From Cetorhinus maximus (lineage: Eukaryota): a stretch of DNA of 64,000 nt. The DNA lies in contig NC_135890.1 of assembly GCF_964194155.1 (NCBI RefSeq), forward strand, positions 107,322,001 to 107,386,000, given 5' to 3'. Positions within the stretch are counted from its first letter, which is position 1; each line of letters starts with the position of its first letter. A program made the translations under genes and the position numbers. The notes below the pieces were generated by a model. That model was not told the origin of the DNA and searched no databases. It was given only the letters and a program-made list of their open reading frames with translations. Below, piece by piece: positions 38,188 through 50,326 of this stretch.

Positions 38188-38244
38188 GAAATGAAACCGA
38201 AACCAAACAGTCAAAACAAGTCGTGTTTCTGAGGAAATCGAAAG
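38188..38244 (+). promoter_or_regulatory. ISRE cluster of the OASL copy B promoter
   Basis: gaaatgaaaccgaaacc (38188-38204) and ggaaatcgaaag (38233-38244). Confidence 0.8.
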
Positions 38245-38459
38245 AGATTTGGTGTTTACTTAGGATCATATACAAATACTGAGCAAGGAAAAACTTTGAA
38301 CCGGGTGGAGATACAGAACTGTGACGTGTATAATGTGTATTTGTTGAAAGGTTTTACAGTATAAATCTGACTATATTGTTTGAATACTTGAAGGACCAGT
38401 TAGAGCTGTGGTTATAAGGAGCTGTAGTTATACCAACATCACTTGGTGTGAAAGCTGGA

Positions 38460-38633
38460 ATGATGGAATTATACAGCACTGATCACAAGAGGTTGGACGA
38501 ATTCATTAAAACTAACCTGGAGCCGAATGAATTTAATATCAATGTGAGGAATGCTGTGCACAGAATCTGTGACTTTTTAAGGAATCGATGTTTTCTCAAA
38601 CAACCTGAGATCAAAGTAATCAGAGCCGTTAAA
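38460..38633 (+). CDS. OASL: OASL copy B exon 1
   Basis: MMELYST...AVK|gtaagt. Confidence 0.9.
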
Positions 38634-41600
38634 GTAAGTTATTTTATTTTTAAAGCAGCACATGGAATTAATAATGTTTACAATACTATTTACGATAACA
38701 GGAACTTTACCTTGCTTAAGTACGGAGATGTTTTCTGACGTGATTGTGAAGTTTCCTGTTTTCTGTGTTGTACTCCCTTCTCTCTAGAATATGTAAACTC
38801 GCTGTAGGACACAGTTTCAAGGGTGGCAGTTGCCTCCAGTATCTCAACTAAATTAATGGGATTAGGTGGGATCATCATCATTTCATGGGACGATCTCAAA
38901 ATGATGTCGATTTGCCCTTACAACGGCACAAATTTCCCGGAAAACCTGGATTAAATGGGGATTATTTGCCTAAAGGGACAGAATGTTTTTGACCTGCTTG
39001 TTTTAAAAGCTCAGCAGCTTTAGATGTTTATCTGTTAAAGGGAACATTTACTTCAAATCTGTTTCTCTTAAAAAACTACATTTGGATGAACTTTTATCAA
39101 ATTATTAATTTTATCATGCTTTAAATATGCTCCTCAAAATCAATAACAGTCCCAATTCCTAAAGTCACAACACACTTGTAAAGCAATTTTAATTTTAAGG
39201 CAATAATGAACTGGTGTGTTACCTAAAATACACATTTCATGTTATTTAGCAATAAATGATACCCATAATTTGGGGAAAGAGGGAATTTCTCTTCACCCCC
39301 ACCACCCCCACCAATTCTGAGCACCCCCTCTATTCATCTGATCTTCAGTCAGCTGCAATAACATCAATTTTCTCTTTAGGGGAGGGAAGCAGGAGTCGGG
39401 ACTGTTACTTTATCCTGGGGCCAGAAGGATACCAGTCACTCTTTGGGATTTTGCCCAGAGTGCTCTTTTAATTGATATGGAGACAGGTCCCTCCTCCAGT
39501 TAAGAGTAGTGGGTGGGCTCTCGAAGCTGGAGGGGCAATCTGGGGCCTTTTAGCTTGAGAGGACCACCTGGCTATAGCAGAAGGTAAGTAACTGAGAGGG
39601 TGCTTCAACATGGAGGTGCTCTTTCAGTAACCAATTGAAAAATTTAGTCAAGAAGTATAGAAATGAGCCAGGCCGCCACTGTGGGTCTTTTGATGGAACG
39701 AGGGGGCGATTCGCTGTTTGGCTGCAATCGCACCAGGCACACGGTTCGGGGGGAGGAGGGGGCCTGCCTGCTTAGGGCACTGCCCCCTCTCCCAGCCATT
39801 GGATGCCTGCCTCCAGGCAGTTGAACTGCCCTAGTCACATCAGGAAAGTGGAGACTGACTGGAATCTGAGTCAGCCTCTAATACCCACTGTTAACAAAGA
39901 TCTTAATGAGTTGACCTAATTGACTTCTGGGTTGGGCATTTCAGCCGGGCTCCCAAACCCGCCTCCCCCAAAATGGCCAATATGGGAATGGTGTCTGGAA
40001 ACCGGCTGCCGACCATTTTGAATTCAGCTCTGTCCCTGACTTCAGCAGGGCCTGAAAATTCAGTGCAGTGAGTCTGTCACATTTACTCTTGTACAAGGGA
40101 TGGCGGAGAGAGCAGGTCACAGCTAAGTGGTAGTTAGTGGCTTCACTCTTGTTTAAGCTTTTTAAAAAGAAAACTGTCAAGAGATTTAGTTCGCAACGTA
40201 TGATTTTATTGTCATACTTAAACAGAAAGTTGTTTGGCAGATTGTGACTTGGTAGCAACTCTGCCACTGGCTAAGAATAAAAATGCAAAGAATTAATCCC
40301 CACAAAAAGATCACCAAATAGGGCAATACCACTCTGTTGATAACATAGTTAAAATTGAGCACAAAGGCTAGACAAGAAGGGAACAATCAGCCCAGGTTTC
40401 CCAATCCTGTTCAGTGAGGACAAGATTAGGCTGTGATGCCCCACATGGTTGAATAGCCTGTTGTCTCCTGTGGTCCAAGATAACATATGAATAATGGCTA
40501 ATGAGGGGAATTGCTGAAGTGGGCTTCTAGACCTCTGTCTCATTAAGTGTCAGCACCTTCACAAAAAGAGGGCAAGAGGAGAAAAATCAAAAGGAAAAGG
40601 GCAGTGAAAATTAAGCCTAAATCAAGAACACAGATAGTCTGCATGGCTTCAATAACTCTTCCACATTTCAGTAATGGTAAGTTCACCAGTCATTGAAATA
40701 ATCATAAATAATTGTCTATTTTCCCTCCTCCTCAGGGAGGGTCGTCAGGCAAAGGAACAGCTTTAAGAAACGGTTCAGATGCGGATCTGGTTGTCTTCCT
40801 CAGTTGTTTCCAGAGTTTCCAGGACCAGAGGAACACCAGGCATGAAATCCTTGAAGGAATCCAGCAAATGCTGGAAAAGTGTGCTTTGAGCATTGCCTAT
40901 GAGATCAGTGATATCAGTATCAATTTTATACCGAACAGCAACAGCCCACCAAAATCGATGAGCTTTTCAATAAAATCAAAGAAGAAAGATTCAGACAGCG
41001 TGGATTTTGATATTTTGCCAACATTCGATGCACTAGGTAAGAATTGATGCGGTTATTAAATCATTAAAGCTCAAGTTTAATTTTAGTTCTTCCAATAGCC
41101 TCTGTTGTCCATCAAGAAAAACAGTGGGTGTTATCAGCTTTGCTTTATCACATGTCCTGTTCCTAGTTAAGATGATGCCATAGTTGAGCTCTATATTTGG
41201 TTATTAGAGTTGTTGCTGAGGGAGAATATGTTGCTTTTTAAGTGGGACATTAGCCTAGGTTTAGGATTGACATTATTAACTGGCGTTAACAGTTTGGTAT
41301 TATGATGCTGATGGAAAGTCTAGGATACAAACACTTTAACGTAAAGAAACAAAATCTAACCAGTAATGTTGATGTCTGAATTTATTTCATTTCCCCTCCT
41401 TTTCTAAAGCAAATGATTCAGTTCCTTAGTCACCAGAAGTGCCTGGTACTTCTGTCAGCTGATCATTTTTCATACAAAAACAGGAGTGTCAGCAGCAACA
41501 CAAAAATAAAATACTGTGGATGCTGAAAATCTGAAATAAAAGCAGAAAGTGCTGAAAATATTCATCGTGCCTAGCAGCGCCTGTGGAGAGAAACAGAGGC

Positions 41601-44600
41601 CTGGATTTCACCATGATGGAGGGCCTTTCCTCCATGGTGAAAATGGTGGACAAGCCCGGAAATAGGTAGTCCCACCCCCAAACACCACACTTTCCATTTT
41701 CATGAGGTGGGAATGAAGTTGGGCTGGGGTTTGTGCATAGGTGGATTATGGACGCAGCTGGTGGTATAAATCACCAGCTGCCTCCACTGAAGTGGGATTT
41801 TGGTCAGCCGGGTGTGTGAAACCCAAATTGTGTAGATTGGACCAGATGAGAGTAGGGCCCAGGTATTTGCCCTGGGGTTGTGAGATTTTCTGGCTCGGCG
41901 AACGCAATCTTTAAAAGTGTCTGCCCTCCAGTCAGATTTTTGGTCAACAAATGGAGGTGAAGCTTAAATAGGAGTTGGGTCGGGTGATCCCAGAACAAGT
42001 GCAGTGGCTAGCGGGTGTAGAGGCGGGATGGGCGCAAGGCCTGAAAAACAAAACACATCCCTGCTACCTCACCCCTTGCCCCCTCACCCTCCTGCACACA
42101 CCCTGTGCCTCGTCCATGCGAACCCATGCTCCTGTACACACACCCCATGCCTCTTCATACCCCCATGCCAACTTAGTGTCAACTCACTCCAACTCCTGCC
42201 CCAACCCACCACCCTTTTCCTCTAACCCTCTTCATGCCAACTCACCAAGAATCCATGGACAGTTCCTTGACAGCTTTGATAGCTGAACAGTTATTTGAAA
42301 GCCAGACAGTTCTTCAATAGTTCCTTGACAGCTGTACAGCTCTTTAACATCTATTTGCTAGCCGGACAGTTCTTTAACAGTTGGACAGTCCTTTAACATT
42401 TATTTGACAGCCGGACAGTTCTTTAAGAGTTTCTTGACAGCTGGACAGTTAAACCTTTCTTTGACATCTGGACAGTTCCAAGGAGATTCTGTGTAAAAAG
42501 TGCATAATCATGTTTAATTTTAATGATCCTAAAGGCTGCCTTACCTCTCCCAAAGGTGTCTCAAGACTCTACACAAAGGGGTACCCTGACTATCCAAAGA
42601 ATCCACCAAGTTCAGACCGCCTCTTACCTGGTCTGCTCTGCGCAGTTCGAGATTCCAGCAGCCAGAGTTCAAAAATCCCATTTCAGTGGAGGAACTGGTG
42701 ATTTAAATGGCCAGCTGCTTCCACAAATCGCGCATGTGCAAAGCCTGGTCCCACTCCAGTCTCGCCCTCACGAAGATGGGAATTACTGGGTTCGGGGGCG
42801 GGACTTAGAAATCTCTGCCATTTTTGAGACTTTTGCCACGCCGGAGAAGCTCTCCGACCCGGGTGTGAAAATCGAGGCCAGAGTTAACATTTCAGGTCAA
42901 CCTTTCATCAGAAATCTTCTTTCGGATCAGGCAAAAGTTAGAAGTGAAATAAGTTTAAAGCAAATCAAAGGGAGGAGGTTGGGAAAAAGAATAAAGGGGA
43001 CAGTGTTTGAAAGGTAGGGGAGATTAGATGACAAATGTGTTGATAGTGAAAGGCCAAAAGGGAGTGGTATTTTGGACAAGTTATAAAAAAGATGTTTCTG
43101 CAGGAGGTGTCAATGGCAGTGTCATGAACAGCTGCCATCTGTAGGCAAAAAAATGGAGAAAAACAGGAGAGAAAAAATAAAATCAGCAAAGAAAAAGGAA
43201 ACAAATGGAGGCTGAGGTCACGATTTGAAGTTGTTAAACTCAATGTTGAATCCAGGAGAGTGTAGAGTGTCTGATTAAAAGATGAAATGCTGTTCCTCAA
43301 GCACACGCTGAGCCTCCAGTGTAGGAGGTCAGCGATAGAGGTCAGAGTGGGAGCATGGTACAGAATTAAAATGACAGGTTTGGGGAAGTTTGGGGTTATC
43401 TTGCAGACTGAACGGAGATGTTCTGCAAAGTAGTCACCAAATCTGCATTTGGCTTCTCCAGTGTAAAGGAGGCAGGGACGGCAGGAATCTAAATTGAGTA
43501 AATTAATGTTTCACCTGGAAGGAATCTTTGAGGCTTTGGACAGTTAGAAGGGAAGAGGTAAAAGGCCAGGCATTGTATCTGCTGTGATTGCATGGAAAGG
43601 TGCTGTGGGAAAGAGAGGGAGGTGCTGGCAGGGTGATTGAGGAGTGGACCAGGGTGTTGCAAAGGAATTGGTCCTTTTCAAAAAGAAGGGAAGATGTTTT
43701 TAGGTGGCGGCGGTGGTGAGAATAGTGGAGGATGATCCATTGAAGAAAAAGGCTGGTGGGGTAGTAGGTGAGGACCAGTGGAACCCTATTGTGGTCCTGG
43801 AGGGAAAAGGAAGGGTTGAGAGAAATATGTAAAATGGAACAGATATGGCACAACGGACTTAAAATGTAAGAGTGTTAAAGGATTACTTGGCCTAGAGAGT
43901 GGGGGCACCATACCCTGCTTACTTGTGATGACCACAAACACTTTCTGTTGCTCATTAAGCATTTCATTTCTTACAGAGGGAACAGACAATGCCTATGAAG
44001 CCCACCTCAAGCTAATCAATTTAGTAAACGAAAATGGAGCTCTAGGTGGGGAATTTTCTCCCTGTTTTACTGAGCTTCAGAGAAACTTTGTGAAGCAGTG
44101 TAAACCAAAACTTAAAGACTTGATTCGCCTGCTGAAGCATTGGTACAAGCAGGTAAGTGACTGGGGAATGTGCTAATTGTTAATGCTTGGAGGTTATGGG
44201 AGGATTGTAACACTAAATGACAGCTTCCCTCTGTGTCCCAACGTGCACCCGCTCCATTGACAAATACTACAGGTGAATCCAGGGATTCCCCATATTAAAA
44301 ACTAGCAAAGAGTTGTCTGGGATGTTTGCATGGAGGGGGATTGAGAGAACCTTTGGAGAAATGTCCATTTGTGCTGTTTCTCCAGCACCTACACCAGTCT
44401 CTGCTGAATTTACAACAGGAGGTTAGCAGATCCCAGAGGAAGTCAGGCTCAGTATTTGGAATAACTCAAGATTCTTTCTTCCCCTCTGCTGGAATTTGAC
44501 TTTGGTTGAAGCTGTTGGAATGAATTTGGACGAAGGGGAGAGCTCCTGTCCACCTTCTGGTTTAGGCTGAACAAATATTAAAACCACTTCTTGATTCTCA

Positions 44601-47600
44601 AAAGAATTAAAGAGCAAGTCCCCTGAACCCATATTCTGTGGAGGGACTGTATTCAAGGGAAGTACAGATCAGAGATAGAGCCTCAACCCTTCAATTTCCA
44701 CCTACTTCCAATAAGGCTCTACATTTAGAGTGAGGATCAGGGATTTTATCCTTAAATCTTTTACAGTCCCTCAATATTGTGCCTTAAAGTGAACGTCTCA
44801 AGTTATATAAACCTGCAAATGGCAAGTTTGACCAGCCCCCTATACAAAGCCAAAGGCTGTATTCAATTCTCCAGTGCCTGGGGCTCCAGAATGCAGGACA
44901 AAAGACAACCAAATGCAAGTTAATTAATCGCTGAAGGAACAATTGAAAAATGATGAGGTGGAAATTGGTTCTCATGGTGCCAATTTTCCAAGTGGGAAAT
45001 TGAGGCAAAAAATGACCAATTTCAACCAAAGGCGCCTGAAATATGACCGGTGCAATAAGGGTCTTGGACAATTTCCAGGTGTCCGGGCAACTGTCCGGAA
45101 CAGGCATTATGCTCCTTGAATATGTTAATGCAGGATCTAATGCCTGTTTAACGAGGTTTACTGCAACTGGTCAGCGCTGAGTGGTCACCTCAGATTTTTG
45201 CTTCCACGTGCAACTTCTACATTAATACATTTTTATACTTCATGTAGGGGCAGGGTCTCCTCCCAGTGGTGCTCCCAACTTCACTGCTGCTACCAGCCCA
45301 CCATCACCCACCTCCCCACCCTCTCCCTATCTGATGGTCATTGCTGGAGAGGCAGCTGGCTGATCTTGGTCCTCATGGAACCTGTGAGCTGTTGTTTCAT
45401 ACCCGATTTGAGTCCGCATCTTCCCAGCAAATTTCTGATAATGTCCCGAGGTCTAATTTCAGTTGAGTCCCTGGCTTCTGGTGCACACTCCCAGCATGCT
45501 GCCTACTTCAGGCAAGAAAATGGACCAAAATAAATTTCTACCCCAGTCACTTTCAGGTGAGATATTCAATGAAAGCCTTGCCTGCCCTCTCAGGTGAGCC
45601 TAAACGATCCTATCACACTCTCCGGGGAAGAGTAGGGTGTTCTGCTGGATATCTGGATAAAATTTAACCTCAACCAACATAATGAAAAACAGACAATCTC
45701 GCCATTTATCTCATTGTTGTTTGTGGGATCTTGCTGTGTGCAAATTGGTTGCTGCATTGCAACTTCAAAATACCTCATCTTGGGAAGTGCTTTGGGAAAT
45801 TTTGAGGTTGTGAGAGGTGTTACGTACCTAATGCCAAGTACTTGCTTTCTTTTGAACCCTGACTCTCCAACGCACTATTCTGTAGGATCATGTCCACAAT
45901 TTGCCCATGGACAGTTTGTGTGCTCAGCCTTATCTTTGTGGAGAGATACTGAACGGAGATTTGGCATTTCACCCAATAGAAGGAGAAAAAGTTGGAATGA
46001 GGCCACTTTGGGCAGATCTTGTGGATTTCTTAGTGCATGCTGGGGTGGCAGCACTAGACTAGGTCTAGCTTCAGCCAGTCTTATCAAGAAAGTTGCTTGT
46101 CCTCCGAAGGATGATGGAAGTAAAATGTATGGAAGCAAAAATATAGGATGGAAGGAGGAGTGAGTACTTTTAATATCTTGTATATTTACACTTATCAATC
46201 ATTTGCTCTAGCATGTCAAGCCACGGAAATCCGATCTGAGACATGGCGATCGTCTTCCTGCTAAGTATACAGTGGAGCTGCTGGCTATCTATGCCTGGGA
46301 GCAAGGCAATGGGCAGGAGAGATTCAGCACAGCTGAAGGGTTCCGGACAGTCCTTGAACTGATCTGCAGATATCAGGATCTGTGCATCTACTGGACTCAG
46401 AACTACAACGTCGAGAATAGAGTCATTGCAGACTTTCTAATAAAGGAACTCAGTGGCAAGAGGTAATCTTCAAATACATTTAAAACTAAACCAATTAGAG
46501 CTGTTTCATTTCTTTGAACAGCTCCCAAGTAAGGGGGCGTTTTTAGGGTCTGGTTCAGCTGGTCTTTAATATCCATCCCTAACTTTGGCGTCATGGAGTG
46601 TCGAATAAGTGACATATTGGCTGCATCATTTGAACCTGATGAATGTGCAGCTGAATGTTTGGAGTGAGAGTCAATCCAACACATTGTTCTTTGTGAAAAT
46701 GTGCCCAAGAGGCAACAGTTTTCATAACGCTACATTCTCATGTGAGATTGTACTAAACTACCGTTAAAAAGTCTGCTCTTGCTCCTTCCTCAACTAATGT
46801 TTAAGGTCAAAAAGATTAACTCTCATTTACAAACCTCATCATCATTTCATCTCTTTGCCCTATCCTGCCTCAGCCACATCCTCCAGCCTTTTTTCCAACT
46901 CATGCCCTCAACCTCCTGTGTATTGCCATCTCTCTTATTTGGCACCATTAGCAAAGTTATAAGTCATCTTAGTGCCACATTACGGAACTCTTCATAAAAT
47001 TCTTTGCCTCACTTTGTCTTTTCCCATTTTCAATAATCGCCTGAAAACCTTCGGTCAGATCCTCAGATTCTACTACCGGTCAGGATCTGTTTCTTTCCGC
47101 TGTATCTTAAGATATTTACAATATTTAAATCTAAAAGAAGCCGACCACTGCTCACGATTGGGGCCGGACCGTGATTTCATGCTGGTGGGCCAATTAAGGC
47201 CCGCCCAGCGTGAAACGCGCACTGCAGCACGGCCTGTATTGGGGGGGAAGGAGGGCAAGAGTGCAAGTTCGCGCAAGCGCGAGTAGGAAAAGCTCCCTGA
47301 GGCACAGAGCTGCCTCAGCGGAATGAAGTTATGAAAATTTAAAAAGAAAGCATTTTAAGATGTTAAAAAACATGTCCCCTCATGTGACTCTGTCACATCA
47401 GTAAGGACATGTTAGAAATTAGTATGAACATTTTTTTAAATGACGGATTGAAATCTCATCCCGTCTGTGGATGAGGTTTCGCAAAAAATGCAAAGGCCGC
47501 TTTGACCGCAAAGGCTGAGCTGAGAGATGGTGATCGTCTTCCTGCTAAGTACAGAGTGGAGCTGCTGGCTATCTATGCCTGGGGGCAAGGCAATGGGCAG

Positions 47601-50326
47601 GAGAGAGTCAGCACAGCTGAAGGGCTCCAGACAGTCCTTGAACTGATCTGCACATATCAACATCTGTGTATCCACTGGACCAAGTAGGTGACGAGCTGAA
47701 CGCCAACCGTAAGGTTGGACAGGCAGCAAAAAATTTAAATCAATTAGGTTGTTAATGGCCTTAATAGGCCTGTTAGTTGTCGGTGGGCGCGCTGCCAATT
47801 CCTGCGCGTGCCCATCAACCCAAATATCACACGTCATGTACGCCCGCCCAACGAGCGAGGAATCCTGCCCTAACTTTCTGTGGAGAGTTTAACTTGTAAA
47901 TAAACACAAATATAGCAATTCCTTGAAATACACAAGACGGTTGACAGTGAAACTACCGACAGAACAGCGCCAATCATCCAGCAATTTATGCTGATTCCAA
48001 ACCCATGGGGTTTCTCTTTCCGACCTTGAATTGTTGGATGATTTCCACAATAATAACAATGAGCGCCATTAAACTTGTCAATATTTTGCCAGCAAACCCC
48101 GGCCTATGGTTAATAATTGTTTTTGGAACTTTTTTATTTTTCAGGCCAATAATTCTTGACCCAGCTGACCCAACTGGAAATGTGGCTTTGTCTACTGGAT
48201 GGTATGTCATGGTGGCTGAGGCTATGAAATGTCTGAGCATGCCATGTGTCTCTCAAGTTCGAGCATGGGACGTCCAGGTAAAACGGTTTTAATAAATCAT
48301 AAAGTTTTGAAACAAAACAGTATAAAATGTAGTAATTTTGTAGATTGTGTTGTTCAATCTAGGTGTTCCATCTGTATAGAATACATAGGACCATAGGACT
48401 GAGGAGCAGGATTTGAAATTAGCTCTCAGACGCAAAGGATCATGTTCTCATTGGGGAGAATTTTCGACGAAGTCACCACCTGTCATTTTACGCGTTGGCG
48501 AGCGGGGCCCGCCCCCTCACGCTGACCCGAAGATTCAGGCCATTAATTACCTCAATCCTCCTTTGGAAACTTCATTCTTTAAAGCAAGCTGGAAATGATA
48601 GACCAGTTGCCGGGATTTAAAGATATATATAGAGAGTCACATTAATCAGAAGCTCCCCAGGTTCAATTCTCAGTCCATACAGAGTTAGAGGATATCAACG
48701 AGGTGAAGGTGGGAGTGCTACAATTCACCTCAACACCCCTGTGCTCAAGTTGCAGAAAGAATCAGCTGGGATTCCCGCTGACCACATGTTATATGTGGAC
48801 AGAAATTTTTTCTCGGTTGGTGGGCGCCTGCCTGACCCGCTCAAGCATGAAATGACGCATGAGACCTTTGGCCAAACGTGCCGGGGTCAACGTGCAGTTG
48901 CGCAATAGTTCGGCCAACGGGTGTGCACTGGAGCCAAAGTGCGCCCGCCGGCAATTAAGACCATTAAGTAATTAATTAACATAAATTTTTCACTGCCTGC
49001 CCAACCTAATGGCTGGCGGGCAGGCGAAAAGGCCAAGCGGCCTTTGCATTTTTTTTGGAAACCTTATCCACAGGCGGACGAGTTTTCCAAGAGCAAATAA
49101 AAATAAAATAAAATCTTTAATTTTTAATTAACAACATGTCCCTGCTTATGTGGTAGAATCACACGAGGGGACATGTTTCAGTACATTTTTAATTTTTATA
49201 ATTATTTTCTTTCATATCTCTTACAGCTGCCTCAGGGATATTATGCAGCATTCACTCGCGCGTATTCGTGAAGTTCACACCCTTCCTGATCACTCCCCCC
49301 CCCCACCCTCCTCACACAGGCACCGCTCAGCGCTGCCACTCACATGTCACGCTGGGCGGGCCTTCATTGGCCGCCAGCGTGAAATCTCGGTGCAGTGCCG
49401 ATCGCGAGCGGCTTCCCAACCAGCCCTGCCGAGCCCGCAGGCCAAGGGCAAAATTCTGCCCCATGTGTGTGGGTATCAGATAAATTTAAGATCCAACTTG
49501 GTTGGACAGTTGAGTGAAAATCACTGTCTAAGCTCACACAAGAACAATGGCCACTTGTGTGAGATACGGAGTGTAGTTATCACCTCATAACAATCAATCA
49601 GGAGAGAAAGGATGAAAATTAAGGAGATAAACGCAAAAAACTGCAGATACTGGAAATCCAAAACAAAAACAAAAATACCTGGAAAAACTCAGCAGGTCTG
49701 GCCGCATCTGCGGAGAGGAGCACAGTTAACGCTTCGAGTCCGAATGACCCTTCAACAGAACTAAGTAAAAATTAAGGAGATGTAATTATCAGAGCACTTA
49801 GAAACTAGGACACAACTCATTGCTACATTCTTATCTTTTTTTTTTGTCTTAGCCAATAAAAGAGTTTGAAATCACTGTGTTTACACTGGATGGGAGCTCA
49901 TTAAGCCTGAATGTCAATATTGACAACACAATCTCAATGATCAAGAAACAAATCCAGCAAAAATGGGACATTCCAGTTTACCAGCAACGCCTGAGCTTTA
50001 ATGAAGCCATTCTGGATGACAACAAATCCTTGTTGCATTCCGGAATATTCTTTGATGCAAGGCTCCATCTGGTCATCACAACGTCAATGCAGATATTCGT
50101 CAGGACTGTAAATGGGCGTGACCTGACACTTGACGTATCCCCAACTGACAAGGTTTTGAGCCTGAGAAATAAGATTGAATCTCTGGAGCAGCTTTCATCG
50201 AGCCAATACTACCTGACCTATGGATCGATACCATTAGAAGACGGCCGCACACTGGAATCCTACGGCATTAAGCAACATTCCACCATCACCATCAACTTGC
50301 GTCTCCGTGGAGGCAAGGAGACTTGA
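38460..50326 (+). CDS. OASL: OASL copy B, complete: OAS domain plus two UBL domains, 502 aa
   Basis: Exons 38460-38633, 40736-41036, 43977-44152, 46212-46462, 48145-48277 and 49853-50326 total 1509 nt, all GT-AG, with no stop or frameshift. Ends LRLRGGKET. Confidence 0.93.
40736..41036 (+). CDS. OASL: OASL copy B exon 2
   Basis: GGSSGKGT..SDADL..FDILP with GT-AG boundaries. Confidence 0.93.
43977..44152 (+). CDS. OASL: OASL copy B exon 3
   Basis: GEFSPCFTELQRNFVK...LIRLLKHWYKQ|gtaagt. Confidence 0.92.
46212..46462 (+). CDS. OASL: OASL copy B exon 4
   Basis: HVKPRKSDLRHGDRLPAKYTVELLAIYAWE...KELSGK|gtaat. Confidence 0.92.
47515..47682 (+). pseudogene. Degenerate duplicate of OASL exon 4 inside intron 4 (copy B)
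   Basis: Translates ELRDGDRLPAKYRVELLAIYAWGQGNGQERVSTAEGLQTVLELICTYQHLCIHWT. Flanked on both sides by MITE sequence. Confidence 0.88.
48145..48277 (+). CDS. OASL: OASL copy B exon 5
   Basis: RPIILDPADPTGNVALSTGW...AWDVQ|gtaaaa. Confidence 0.92.
48797..49461. mobile_element. MITE in OASL intron 5 (truncated copy at 26682..27210 in unit A)
   Basis: TIRs ggacagaaatttt / aaaattctgccc. Internal motifs are shared with the intron-4 MITEs. Confidence 0.7.
49629..49767 (-). mobile_element. Short Penelope-end-like insertion with 14-bp TSD, same family as 8733..8891
   Basis: TSD aaaattaaggagat at 49615-49628 and 49768-49781. Minus strand reads acttagttctgttgaagggtcattcggactcgaagcgttaactg. Confidence 0.75.
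49853..50326 (+). CDS. OASL: OASL copy B exon 6: tandem UBL1-UBL2
   Basis: Poly-T tract gtcttag|PIKEFEITVFTLDG...IPVYQQRLSF...MQIFVRT...LRLRGGKET*. Confidence 0.93.
   Translation, partial: PIKEFEITVFTLDGSSLSLNVNIDNTISMIKKQIQQKWDIPVYQQRLSFNEAILDDNKSLLHSGIFFDARLHLVITTSMQIFVRTVNGRDLTLDVSPTDKVLSLRNKIESLEQLSSSQYYLTYGSIPLEDGRTLESYGIKQHSTITINLRLRGGKET

Noticed and set aside
45714-46163. 149-aa ORF or possible extra OASL exon before exon 4
   Set aside because: Copy A has a stop at 23144-23146, there is no homology I can recognise, and the following intron would be only ~50 nt.
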